Part shown: positions 24,052 through 39,069 of the stretch, one piece after another
Layout of the letters: every line of letters begins with the position of its first letter
Numbering within the stretch: the stretch's first letter is position 1
NCBI RefSeq assembly: GCF_009914755.1
Contig: NC_060937.1
Reading direction: 5' to 3' (one strand)
Length of the DNA stretch: 64,000 bases
Origin: the human T2T-CHM13v2.0 reference genome, Homo sapiens
The notes under the pieces: generated by a model
Database searches by the model: none
What the model was told of the DNA's origin: nothing
Seen by the model: only the letters and a program-made list of their open reading frames with translations
Program-made: the position numbers and the translations under genes

Positions 24052-26837
24052 GGGTGCCTGGGGCAAGTGCCAGCCCATGCCATCACCCTCACAGAGCCCC
24101 TGATATGCTTGAACATTGAGGGCCAGGAGGTTAACTGTCTCCTGGACACTGGCACGGCCTTCTCAGTCTTACTCTCCTGTCCCGGACAACTGTCCTCCAG
24201 ATCTGTCACTATCCTAGGGGTCCTAGGACAGCCGGTCACTAGATACTTCTCCCACCCACCAAGCTGTGACCGAGGAGCTTTACTCTTTTCACATGTTTTT
24301 CTAATTACACCTGAAAGCCCCACTCCCTTGTTAGGGAGAGACATTCCAGCAAAAGCAGGGGCCATTATACACCTGAACATAGGAGAAGGAACACCTGTTT
24401 GTTGTCCCCTGCTTGAGGAAGGAATTAATCCTAAAGTCTAGGCAACAGAAGGACAATATAGATGAGCAAAGAATGCCCATCCTGTTCAAGTTAAACTAAA
24501 GGATTCTGCCTCCTTTCCCTACCCCCTCAGACCCAAGGCCCAACAAGGACTCCAAAAGATTGTTAAGGACCTAAAAGCCCAAGGCCTAGTAAAAGCATGC
24601 AATAGCCACTGCAGTACTCCAATTTTAGGAGTACAGAAGCCCAACAGACAGTAGAGGTTAGTGCAAGATCTCAGGATTATCAGTGAGGCTGTTGTTCCTC
24701 TATACCCAGCTGTACCTAGCCCTCATACTCTGCTTTCCCAAATACCAGAGGAAGCAGAGTGGTTTATAGTCCTGGACCTTAAGGATGCCTTTTTCTGCAT
24801 CCCTGTACATCCTGACTCTCAATTCTTGTTTGCCTTTGAAGATCCTTCAAACCCAACGTCTCAACTCACCTGGACTGTTTTACTCAAGGGTTCAAGGATA
24901 GCCCCCATCTATTTGACCAGGCATTAGCCCAAGACTTGAGCCAATTCTCATATATGGACACTCTTGTCCTTCGGTATGGGGATGATTTAATTTTAGCCAC
25001 CCATTCAGAAACCTTGTGCCATCAAGCCACCCAAGCGCTCTTAAATTTCCTTGCTACCTGTGGCTACAAGGTTTCCAAACTAAAGGCTCAGCTCTGCTCA
25101 CAGCAGGTTAAATACTTAGGGCTAAAATTATCCAAAGGCACCAGGGCCCTCAGTGAGGAACGTATCCAGCCTAAACTGGCTTATCCTTATCCCAAAACCA
25201 TAAAGCAACTAAGAGGGTTCCTTGGCATAACAGGCTTCTGCCGAATATGGATTCCCAGGTACAGCAAAATAGCCAGGCCATTATATACACTAATTAAGGA
25301 AACTCAGAAAGCCAATACCCATTTAGTAAGATGGACACCTGAAGCAGAAGCAGCTTTCCAGGCCCTAAAATAGGCCCTAACCCAAGCCCCAGTGTTAAGC
25401 TTGCCAACGGGGCAAGACTTTTCTTTATATGTCACAGAAGAAACAGGAATAGCTTTAAGAGTCCTTACACAGGTCCGAGGGATGAGCTTGCAACCCGTGG
25501 CATATCTGAGTAAGGAAAATGATGTAGTGGCAAAGGGTTGGCCTCATTGTTTATGGGTAGTGGCAGCAGTAGCAGTCTTAGTATCTGCAGCAGTTAAAAT
25601 AATACAGGAGATCTTACTGTGTGGACATCTCATGATGTGAACAGCATACACAGTGCTAAAGGAGACTTGTGGCTGTCAGACAACCATTTACTTAAATATC
25701 AGGCTCTTACTTGAAGGGCCAGTGCTGCAACTGCGCACTTGTGCAACTCTTAACCCAGCCACATTTCTTCCAGACAATGAAGAAAAGATAGAACATAACT
25801 GTCAACAAGTAATTACTCAAACCAACTCCACTCGAGGGGACCTTTTAGAGGTTCCCTTGACTGATCCTGACCTCAACTTGTATACTGATGGAAGTTCCTT
25901 TGTAGAAAAAGGACTTTGAAAAGCGGGGTATGCAGTGGTCAGTGATAATGGAATACTTGAAAATAATCCCCTCACTCCAGGAACTAGTGCTCAGCTGGCA
26001 GAACTAATAGCCCTCACTCGGGCACTAGAATTAGGAGAAGGGAAAAGGGTAAATATATATACAGACTCTAAGTATGCTTACCTAGTCCTCCAGGCCTATG
26101 CAGCAATATGGAGAGAAAGAGAATTCCTAACTTCTGAGGGAACACCTATCAAACATCAGGAAGCCATTAGGAGATTATTATTGGCTGTACAGAAACCTAA
26201 AGAGGTGGCAGTCTTACACTGCCGGGGTCATCAGAAAGGAAAGGAAAGGGAAATAGAAGGGAACTGCCAAGCAGATATTGAAGCCAAAAGAGCTGCAAGG
26301 AAGCCATTAGGAGATTATTATTGGCTGTACAGAAACCTAAAGAGGTGGCAGTCTTACATCAGGAAGCCATTAGGAGATTATTATTGGCTGTACAGAAACC
26401 TAAAGAGGTGGCAGTCTTACACTGCCGGGGTCATCAGAAAGGAAAGGAAAGGGAAATAGAAGGGAACTGCCAAGCAGATATTGAAGCCAAAAGAGCTGCA
26501 AGGCAGGACCTTCCATTAGAAATGCTTATAGAGGACCCCTAGTATGGGGTAATCCCCTCCAGGAAACCAAGCCCCAGTACTCAGAAGAAAAAATAGAATG
26601 AGGAACCTCATGAAGACATAGTTTCCTCCCCTCAGGATGGCCAGCCACCAAAGAAGGAAAAATACTTATGCCTGCAGCTAACCAGTAGAAATTACTTAAA
26701 ACCCTTTACCAAACCTTTCACTTTGGCATTGATAGCACCCATCAGATGGCCAAATTATTATTTACTAGACCAGGTCTTTCAAAACTATCAAGCGGATAGT
26801 CAGGGCCTGTGAAGTGTGCCAAAGAAGTAATCCCCTG
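24052..26837 (+). pseudogene. pol: HERV-W pro-pol (protease, RT, RNase H, integrase N-terminus only), disrupted
   Basis: LLDTGTAFS protease site; LDLKDAFF and YGDD RT motifs; LRGFLGITGFCRIWIP; YTDGSS and SAQLAELIAL RNase H; truncated right after the integrase C-E-V-C zinc motif. Confidence 0.93.
26156..26503 (+). repeat. Perfect duplication/triplication in RNase H: 145 bp + 58 bp + 145 bp
   Basis: 26156-26300 equals 26359-26503; 26301-26358 is a third copy of 26161-26218; no mismatch found by eye. Confidence 0.95.
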
Positions 26838-27100
26838 CACTGCAGGCCATACATTTCAATCCCTGTATCTTTAACCTCCTTGTTAAGTTTGACTCTTCCA
26901 GAATTAAAACTGTAAAACTACAAATTGTTCTTCAAATGGAGCCCCAGATGCAGTCCATGACTAAGATCCACTGCGGACCCCTGGACCGGCCTGCTAGCCC
27001 ATGCTCCGATGTTAATGACATCGAAGGCACCCCTCCTGAGGAAATCTCAACTGCACAACCCCTACTATGCCCCAATTCAGCAGGAAACAGAGCAGTCATT
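26832..27100 (+). pseudogene. env: HERV-W env remnant: 36-nt SU island plus TM cytoplasmic tail
   Basis: PLHCRPYISIPV, then in another frame PCIFNLLVKFDSSRIKTVKLQIVLQMEPQMQSMTKI...PLDRPASPCSDVNDIEGTPPEEISTAQPLLCPNSAG, homologous to the syncytin-1/MSRV Env tail. Confidence 0.9.
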
Positions 27101-27136
27101 GGCCAACTTCCCCAACAGCACTTGGGTTTTCCTGTT

Positions 27137-27148
27137 GAGAGGGGGGAC
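27137..27148 (+). promoter_or_regulatory. Polypurine tract GAGAGGGGGGAC
   Basis: Purine run immediately before the TG of the 3' LTR. Confidence 0.85.
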
Positions 27149-27947
<799 letters not shown>

Positions 27948-27951
27948 ATAA

Positions 27952-28760
27952 CAAGTGTTGGTGAGAGTGTAGAGAAGAAGAAATCCTTGTACACAGTTTC
28001 TGGGGATGTAGATTGGTTCTGCCATTATGGAAAAAAGTGTGAAGGTTCCCAAATAAAGATAGAACTACAATATGACCGAGCAAATTCTCTTCTGGGTATA
28101 TACCCAAAGGAAATGAATTCACCACCTCATAAAGATAACTGCCCTCCCATGTACATTGCAACATTGCTTCACAATAGCCAAGATATGGAAACAACCTAGT
28201 GGCCATTGATGGATGAATAGATAAAGAAACTGGTACATATATATGATGGAATATGATTCTGTCTTACAAAAGAAAAAAAATCCTGTCATTTGCTACAACA
28301 CGGATGAATGTGGAGGACAAAATGTTAAGTAAAATAATCCAGACACAGAAAGAAAAATATTGCATGATCTCACTTATATGTGGAACCCCAGAAAAAGCCA
28401 AATATACAGAGATACAGTATAAAGAGTGGTTATTAGAGGCAGGCTAGAAGAAATATAGGACGTAGGTCAAAAGATATAAAGTAGCATTTACATAGAGTGA
28501 ACAAGTCTCAAGCTGTGATGTACCACATGAGAACTATAGTTTATAAGAGTATATTGTATTCAGGATTTTAAATAAATGAGTAGATGCTGCTGTTGCCACA
28601 TACATACACACACACACACACAGACAAACAGGAACGGATAACTATGTGACATAATAGATACGTTACTTCAACATAGTAATCATTTTACTATCTATAGGTA
28701 TTTTCTCCTTACATCATGTTGTATACTTTAATTATACACAATAAAATGTATTTAAAAAAG
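27952..28760 (+). mobile_element. L1MA-type fragment, right part (ORF2 end + 3'UTR)
   Basis: caagtgttggtgagagtgtagag..., ctgggtatatacccaaagg, cacaatagccaagatatggaaacaaccta, tgcatgatctcacttatatgtgg; ends tacacaataaaatgtatttaaaaaag. Confidence 0.88.
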
Positions 28761-28892
28761 AAAAATGTGGGAAGTCAAAGAATAAACTGACAAGAAAAAT
28801 ATAGCACTGTGAGCCGGGATTTAAATGCTTAATGAAGTCAGTGAGCATGCTTTTAAACATGATTTTGTAATGGCACTTAAAAAAAAATAAAT

Positions 28893-29176
28893 TATTTGTT
28901 CTTTTAGAGATGAGTTCTCCCTCTGTTGCTGAGGCTAGAGTACATGGTACAATTATAGCTCATCGCAGCCACTAACTCCTGGGCTTAGGTGACTCTTCCT
29001 CCTTAGCCTCTCCAGCAGCTAGATCTACAAGCACATACCACCACACCCAGCTAATTTTCGTGCTCTTTTTTTGTAGATGCGGAGTCTCACTGTGTTGCAA
29101 ATTCCTGACCTCAAGTGATCTTCCTGCCTGGGCCTCAAAGTGCGGGGATTATACGCAGGGGCCACTGCTTTCAGCC
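28893..29176 (-). mobile_element. AluJ-like, degraded
   Basis: Antisense Alu motifs (ctcctgggcttaggtga, cctgacctcaagtgatcttcctgcc). Confidence 0.85.
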
Positions 29177-29675
29177 TTTAAATTCTGTTAAAAACAGCGT
29201 TGGTGAGGTATGGAATTATTATATGCCATATGCTTTACGCTACTGTTAGTGGGTCTTGTAAAGATCCTATCACATTTGTCTTATAATTCTCATTTTACAT
29301 ATGAAGGAATTAACACAACATTGAAGTATTGCCAAAACTCACAGTTTGAAAGTCAGCATATATTTTGTTATGCATCAGAAATAGTAAAATAAAACTTATA
29401 TGCCTCTAATAAATCTATTATTTCAAAAAAATTACTTGCACTTGCTTTATCACAAATGAAGTTTAAAAACACATAAACAAAAATAGAAAGTAACTTGGGT
29501 CAAAATCCCCAGAAATCATTTTTTTTGATTATGTTGCCACCAATAAGCAATATACTTTATACAAACTTTTTGCCCAGACACCAAATTACTATTATCACTA
29601 GATCTATTCAATATATGCTACTAAATTTTGTTTAATCTGTTCACTTAGATGAGTCTTTTAAAAAAATTACCTATA

Positions 29676-30280
<605 letters not shown>

Positions 30281-30974
30281 TTACCAGCTGCTCCTTTAAC
30301 AAGTGTGTGCACATTTTGGCAACTACAGATTTTGTAATTTGCTCCACTCACATGAAAACCAAAAAAAGGTGAAATTATCTAGTATGCTTTTCTTTTTTCT
30401 CTTCTTAGTTTATTTTACAATAATAATGCTTTATAGCATATGCACTGTAAGCAAGAGTAAATTAAGAATGATGTGGCACCTGAGCTACAAATGAGCCTCT
30501 TTCAAGTTAGGAGGCATATCTTAATTAAAAATTGGATGAATGGTAAAGATAGACCTCTCAAAGACTTTGTTTTTGTTATGAATCTCTGTAGAGATATTTT
30601 CTATTTCATTTTGCTAATCCATTTATGTACTTTGTTTATAAAGTAGACACGGGATGAAATTATGTTATTTCAGATTCAACTATGAATGGTTTAAATCTGC
30701 AATGAAAGGCAGTATAATTATGCATGTTTTAATGGAGGTGAATAGTACAAAGCAGTGAATATTTCTTATGCAAGGTGGTACTGCTCTCTCATTCCAAATC
30801 TCTTCAGAGTTGGTTTTTATAGATTCCTGCTCAGAGCCTGAAGGATGAACTAGGAGACCTTTTGACATCAACTCTTTCTATGTGTGAACTCCTAACACTG
30901 AAAAAACACCAATTAAGAAAATTCAGTGATACAAGTTGACTATTACATAAATGCATTCAAAAGGGAGACAACTT

Positions 30975-31080
30975 AAATAGCTTGATTTAGCCATTCCATA
31001 ATGTATACATATATCAAAACATCAGGCTGTGTGGCATAAGTACATTCAAGTTTTACTTGTCAAGGAAAATAAATTAATTT
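30975..31080 (+). mobile_element. Short L1MA 3' end fragment
   Basis: agcttgatttagccattccataatgtatacatatatcaaaacatc motif. Confidence 0.6.
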
Positions 31081-31706
31081 GTAAAAGGATGAACAGAATC
31101 ACATTATGATGAATACAGAGAAACTTTGGGAAAATACAGACTTTGTATTTACAACTTACTAATTACAAGCTATGTTTTCTTCAAAAACCCATTCTTTCTA
31201 GGTTTCATTTGTAAAAAAGAGGTTTATATGCATGAACTTAATAGGATTTCTGAAATATAGCCTCAAATACTTACAAAATAAAATAGATTATGTTCCACTT
31301 TTGTAAAATACACTTATTTGAAGCATTTTGAAAGCTAAATGATATGAGTGTTAATGGGAGAGCACTTGTAGGGGTCATACGAAGAATCCCCGTATAAGTA
31401 GTAATAACTGAACAATAATCAAACCTTATCCTGAGTATCTGAATATTCAAAGAAATAGTAGGAAGGATCAATTTTAAATTTATATTTTGCTTGTTTTAAA
31501 AATATTTTTTCTACTATTAATATTAATTAAAAATAAAAACGTCAAAATTTTTGTCATTGATTTCTAGGGGAGGCATGTATTTTTTAATAACTTCTAATTA
31601 AATATATATACATATATATATTTACAATATATAGCCTCTGATTTGGGAGAAGGATTAGGGGAAGATATGACCTGATTTTATTAAAATTCAAGTGAGTTAA
31701 AGAGTT

Positions 31707-32040
31707 ATATTAATTAGCTAGAGCTGCCATAACAAAATGTCACAGACTGAGTGACTTAAACTACAGAAATTTGTTTTCTCACAATTCAGGAGGCTAAAAG
31801 TCTGAGATCAAGATGCCAACAGGGTTGATTTTTTCTGAGGCCCTTTTCCTTCACGTGTAATTGGACTTCTTTTTCTCCCTGTGTCTTCGTATGGTCTTCT
31901 GTGTTCATGTCTGTGTCTTAATCTCCTCCTCTTATAAGAACACCAGTCAGATTGGATTAGCGCCCACTCATATGACCTCATGTAGCATTAATTACTCTTT
32001 AAAAAAACTCTACAAATGCCATCACCTTTTAAGATACCAC
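31707..32040 (-). mobile_element. MLT1(A/B)-like MaLR LTR fragment
   Basis: gctagagctgccataacaaaatgtcacagactgagtgacttaaa...tcttataagaacaccagtcagattggattag. Confidence 0.8.
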
Positions 32041-32409
32041 ACTATGAATTCTTTGGGTGTTGAATTATTATGTTCCAAATAGTTAACCTTTCCAATACTC
32101 AGCAATGCTTTATATGAAACATTTTGGGAGAAACTTGATGATTTGTACCTTGTATATTAATCATTATAAAATATTGCTTTTTAGTCTCTTCTATTGCCAT
32201 AGTTTTCAATTTATCATAACAATATTGCTACCAATGCCTTTTTCTGAGTTTCATATTCAATTGTCTAGCGCTTTATCCATTACATGATAATCAGTGGTGC
32301 CATGTCACTTTTATTTTAATTTCTTAACAATAGAATATTGCTGTTTTTTTAAAGCTCATTTGGAAGTTTATTCATTGATTTGTTTATTTGTTTTGAAACT
32401 TCAATTATT

Positions 32410-33230
32410 TAAACACTTTTGATGGCTTCACATTGCATTAAGAATTAAATTCAAGTTCCTTACTCTGGCCCACCTGGCCCCAGCTGATCTCGCCTCTTTC
32501 TACATATCTAACTATATTTCTCAATGCCTCATCTCTCATTTTACCATGAGCGTATTTCAAAGCCTTCCTCTTTATTGTCAGTTTCTCTGTGTACTCTGCC
32601 TAGAATTTGCCCAGTGTTACCTCTTCCCAGACTGAACTTTTACAAACTGTTGTCTTTGTTGTTCTAGTGTTATCATTCAGATTTCAGCTTGTATATCTTT
32701 TCACAAAAGCATTTGGTGACCTCCCTGTCTGTCACTCAGCCCAGCTCTTGTTTTTAAAAAGTTGCCAGTCATTTTCTATCACACTGCTATTCCTTATTTC
32801 CTTCACAGCCCAAATCTGAAATTGTCTTGGTTTATTTCTATATTAGCATTGCCCAATAGCATGTTTTGCAATGAATGATATGCTCTATATCATGTACCAC
32901 ATGGGGTAATGTGGTAGCCATTAACCACATATGTCTATTGAGCACTGGAAATGTAGCTACTGAGACTGCAAACTAAATTATTACTTTTATTTCATTTTAA
33001 TTCATTTAAATATAAAATAAAGAAGCCACATGTGGATGCTGGTTACCGTATTAGGCAGCACAGTTCTGTCTCCTCTGTTAAATCCAAAATTCCATGATGA
33101 TAAGAAATTTTTCTGTGCACAGTAGTAATCTATGTAATATGGTACTGAGAATATTCATACCTGGGAATGGCAAGTATACAAAATATTTGTGAAATTAATG
33201 AATGAATAAATTGATAAATTATAGGAACAT
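32410..33230 (-). mobile_element. L2 relic interrupted by MER3
   Basis: tggcttcacattgcattaagaattaaattcaagttccttactctggcc ... aaaatatttgtgaaattaatgaatgaataaa. Confidence 0.6.
32844..33063 (+). mobile_element. MER3 (hAT-Charlie) DNA transposon relic
   Basis: gtggtagccattaaccacatatgtctattgagcactggaaatgtagct ... agccacatgtgg...ttaccgtattaggcagcacag; degenerate 8-bp TSD ttctatat/ttctgtct. Confidence 0.8.
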
Positions 33231-33439
33231 ATATTCATTTTTATTGTGGTTATAAATATGTTCTGTTTGAATCCTGCTTTGTAATCTAAGATCCGTGTGA
33301 TCATCTTTCTTCTTTCCCTTCTCCTGACTTTAGTAAAATTGACCATATCTTTGCTTTCAGGTTTCCTCATATATGATGAAATATTCTATTAATAATTGTT
33401 AATATATATTAAATTTTAATAATTAACTCCATCCTCTTT

Positions 33440-33630
33440 TCCAAGTGGTTTACATATGTTAACTCATTTGATCTTTACAATAACCATATGAATTGGGTTT
33501 CATTATTACTCCCATTCTACAGAGATAGAACCTGAGGCACGAGGTATTTAAGTAACATATCCAAGTTACCTAGCTCATAAATGAGTGAGGGAGGCTGCAG
33601 AGTCCAGTCTCTTAGCCATTATTCTATATT
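33440..33630 (-). mobile_element. MIR fragment
   Basis: aactcatttgatctttacaataaccatatg...cccattctacagagatagaacctgaggcacgagg. Confidence 0.75.
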
Positions 33631-36600
33631 GCATCTCACTTGAAAACCTTTATTCTCTTATAGTAGTAGCTATCCTTAAATTGACAAACATATTTGAAAT
33701 TATTTAACATTATATTGAAATGTAAATATTAAGAAATTAAGAGTATTTATAAAACAAGACAAGATCTTGATGACACATTCTTTTCTAGAATTTTTTTGTC
33801 TTTTACTGGAAGCTTCATCCCAGTCTGACAGTTGTGCTGCTTAAATAACTTGGAATTGAAAAAGGCTGAAAAAGAGGAACAGAGAAAGAGATAAAAGTTG
33901 CCTCTGCTTAGCCTTTGAGCAGGCTTGATTTTAAGAGAATGTGGAGAACAATATAAGCCACATACTATCCCTGTGGGCTCTTTCTTCTCTTCCAGGCCAA
34001 CTTATCCCAAATATTAGTATAGTGAACTCTGCTATTATTCCATCATACATCTATACTGACTAATTGGTAAACAAGTAAAGCAAATTTGTTATATTATTAC
34101 ATGATTTATTAATGCCACTGCACTATTTAGAGTCAAGAGAGAAATCAACTGCTTTGCAAAAACCCTAAAATTTCAAAAACACTCATGTCTGGAAGTACAT
34201 ATTTTTACAAAATCCAAATTCATGTTTTGGATCCACTTGCAGTTTTAACTTGTCTTTTTGAAGCTGTCTGTGTCAAAGTTCTGCCTATATTCTTTCCCAA
34301 ATTAGTCTTTCCCTCCACCATTTATTTATATGTCATTAGTGGCATTGTAACTTCAGTTTGGAGCCAGCACAGTTCATTCTTAAAGCCTGTTTATTTCTTT
34401 TTTTGTAATGACGCTAAAGCTAGTTGATATTCTTCCAAATGTGCAGAAAATATGGTTCTGAGATAAAAATTGTATAAAGAACCAAATGTTTCCTTTTTGT
34501 TATTTCTTATAAATATCATTTGGTTTTAATCTGACCTTTGCCATTCTTATTTTGATTGATTATGCAAGCCTCTTTTTACCTCATATTAACTTATTTACTT
34601 CTGAAATACTATTTGAATTAAATACTAATATATTCGATTAGTTTTATTCTTCATCATTTTACTCCCAAGATATGTACATACATAAATAGAAATGTAGAAA
34701 TATATACATTCAAATCCAGATGGATTCAAGTGTTGCTTGGCAAAGATAATATTTTAAAACTCTCAGGAAATGTAGGTGAATAATTTTTAGACCTGATGTA
34801 GGGAAGGATTTGATAAGTAAGATGTAAAAAAAAAAAGTTTGATATATTTGACCATATTAAAATAAAGCACTCTTAAAGATAGTAAATATAAAGGTTATAA
34901 ACTGGGAAAGCAATTTAAACAGATATAACCATCAAAGGATTCATATAAAAATACATAAAGAATCATCCCAAGTCAATAAAAGTGGTATAAAAATCTGGGG
35001 AAAAAATGGAGGAGAAATACAAACATACATTTCAAAGACTAGGAAACACACATGTCCAATTAATATATAAAAAGACACACAATCTTCAATTACAAAAATC
35101 TAGTTGTCTTCTTTATTTTTATTTTACTTTAATTTTCTGTGGCACTGAATGATGGTTTCACATTTCTTGGAATCTCTTTGCTTTACTGACTTGCAGTAGT
35201 ATATGCTCAATCACACTCCTTCGTATGTCGGACAGATTCCTTCCTGTTACAACCTCTTGCCTATTCTTAGTTCAATAGTTTCATTTAACAAACTTGTCTT
35301 ACACACCTTTTATATCCCAGTCACTACATTACTCATGGATGATAGGAAATGAAAAAGACATACTCCTTGTTATCCTTGTCCTCGAAGTGCTTATGATCTA
35401 GTGAAAGAAGACAAGGACAAAACAGATAAATTTCAGCATCAACTTCCTCACCCAATCATTCTACCAAACTAATGTGATATATGACCTCTTCTGTGAAACT
35501 ATCTGGAGCTTGGTTGTCAGCTGTCACAGATAATGTAGGTGCCGAGGATACCACTATTGATTTGTATTTGCTATTTTCTTTCTTTTTTTATGATGGGGGT
35601 GAAACTTTACATTGTCTATGATAAGGAAAAATAACAATTATAAAAATCATGTTCTAAATTTTATAATAAATTTTAAATGTATATATACAATTTTAATGCA
35701 AATAAAATCAGTAACAGAGACATCAAAAAGGAAATAACAGTGGACTAAACCATGATGGGCAAAATAGGCATATTGATAAGGGTTGCTGGTTAGATATGCG
35801 AGATACAAAAATAATTGTTTATGTTGATTATGTGTAGAGAAATTAAGACCAGTTTGTCTCCAGAGAGATATTTGGCATTTGCAATGCATAAACTTTTTTC
35901 CAGTCAACTAGAAATCATGAGAAAAGAAGTAGCAACCATTAAAAAATATGAGCAACTTTAAGCTCTATTAATGCTAAAGTAGGTTGTTGTTTTACATATT
36001 AATCATATCCCTTGCCCTTGAGGATTTTGAAATATTGTGAGGAAAGAAAAAGATGAATATTATATAACATAATTTCAAAACTGCACTGGGTTAAGAGAGG
36101 TGAGTCACAGATTATATTGCTAGGTTACAAAATTCATCTTTTAATGGCAGAAATACCTATGTATGGCTCTGCTTTAGTTCTTGCACAAAAAGGAGTTAGA
36201 CATTTCATCATCTCTTGGAATTTATAACCTGGCAGTAACCATATGTCTAGTCAAATGAAGTCTCAGAAATTGTCCAACTGTAATTTTATTCACATTCTTC
36301 AGTTGCAGATGAATAGCGAAAATTAACTGTATGGATAAGGATGCACTATTTTCATTACTTGTAAATATATGCTTGGCAAATAATATAATTAGTGGTCTCA
36401 ACACAGTGCTTTTGGAGAAATATTCAAAGAGAAGGCTTTCAAAAACTAGTAATTATGTAGGCTACAAATACTAACTAGAAATAACCTGAAATTTGACTTT
36501 ACTTTTTAATGTTAAATTTTTCAAGAATATGACTTATTTATTTTTAATTAATTCAACAAATGTCTATGTTACTACAGCTTACTTTTTCCTAGATACTAAG

Positions 36601-37116
36601 TACAATGCTGTTGAGCATGTGTGTGGTGAGTATGGTGTGGTGAGTGGGTCATTAAGAAAATGTTTCCACATCGAAAAACTCATAGTTTAGTGGGAAAAAA
36701 AAGTCATGTGAACAAATCGCAACCCAACGAGAAAAATAGAAGTGTGTATGTAGTGCTATGAAACTACTGATGGTTTAGAGGTTAAATGAGCCTTAGGGAA
36801 ATAAGCAAACCTTTCATAGGAGTGATATTTGAGCTGGCACTCAAGGTTGATTATGACACTAAGTGGACATTGGAAGAACATTTCAGGCTATTTTCTTTCA
36901 TCCCAGTGCCACTATTTCCCACAAACAACTCCATTCTCAATTATTGCTGTGCTTCTTTAGTGCTGGGCCTCAACACTTAGTCAAACATCCACAATCCTCT
37001 TAATGTTGACTCACTATTGACAATATCTAAAACTTTTATGTCGTGTTGAGTGTAGTACCATTTTTAACTAATGCTCTCTCACTACAATTATTTCTGTTTT
37101 TTAAAAAATATATTGA

Positions 37117-37946
<830 letters not shown>

Positions 37947-39069
37947 CTTATATGTGTGTTTTCTTAATGAGCAAACTATTACTTAGATTTATACATTCCT
38001 CACTGAATGCCAAAAGTGATTAGAAAATGTATTTATGCCCACAAAAGCAAACTTGATAGCATGAAAAACGTACATTTCAAAATGCCCCTAACTTTTCATT
38101 TTGTTTTGTAATTTTATTACAAAACGTTTTTTGCAGGACCCTTTTGCTGCCAAATGGAAACTTGATTCTTTCGATTGAGATGGAAAAGTTTATTTCTAAA
38201 GATTTCAAAACTTGAAGAAAAGTTAGGTTAAGAAAAAGTGTGTACATAAAGATTTCTTTATTCAAAAGATTCACAGTCTAATTTAAGTAGGTCGATCGAC
38301 CACCATTTTTTATCTCTTAATCAGGTACTGTTTGCATTTTTTTCAATTTGAACATGTCTATATCTTTTAAGGTAATGAACTATATAGTTACAACTGCTCT
38401 GCAATGTTGAAAAGATAGACTTTCCAAATTATCAGAACTGTTTGGGTAACATAAGTCAATTTAATTTGTGCAAAGCAGATCTCCCTTTCAGGATTTTCTG
38501 CCACAGGTCTTTTAATTTCCCCATAGATTTCTAACTTCATGATGATTTTTTGTAATTAAGAGTTATGTATCTAATGACATGAAGCTTGCTAGCAAAAGTG
38601 CCGCTGCTCACACTACTGATAGCAACGTAGGAAATCTCTCTGAAAGGCTTGCAGCATTTCTCAGAGGTAAAAGCAGAGACTGCTAAGCCTTCCTTTACAG
38701 TAAATATGCCATGCTCTCAGACCTGTAATTCACCTGACTCATGAGCCAAGGTTTGTACTTGATAGACTCAATAAACAATCTTACACTGTTGAAAGGCTCC
38801 AGATATGCTACAAAACTATACAAAATTTAACACTATAGTTATATTGCATACTTTGCAGTTGCTGCTGATGGGGAAAATGTCTTTCATAGGCAAAAGACTC
38901 AAAGTTTTAAAAAACAACAAAGTAACAAACCAGTGCTCCAAAGTAACAAGACCATAATTCTGATAGTAGGCTCCCAGTATTTTGCTGTGTTTCATAAAAG
39001 AGAGGATTATTTATTATTATTACACATGAAAGGTGGAGGCATATAATTGTAGATATCTTAAAGGGCAAC

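Noticed and set aside
26156-26503. Repeat-spacer (CRISPR-like) array
   Set aside because: The repeats are pol coding sequence and the intervening parts are duplicated too; eukaryotic context with no cas genes
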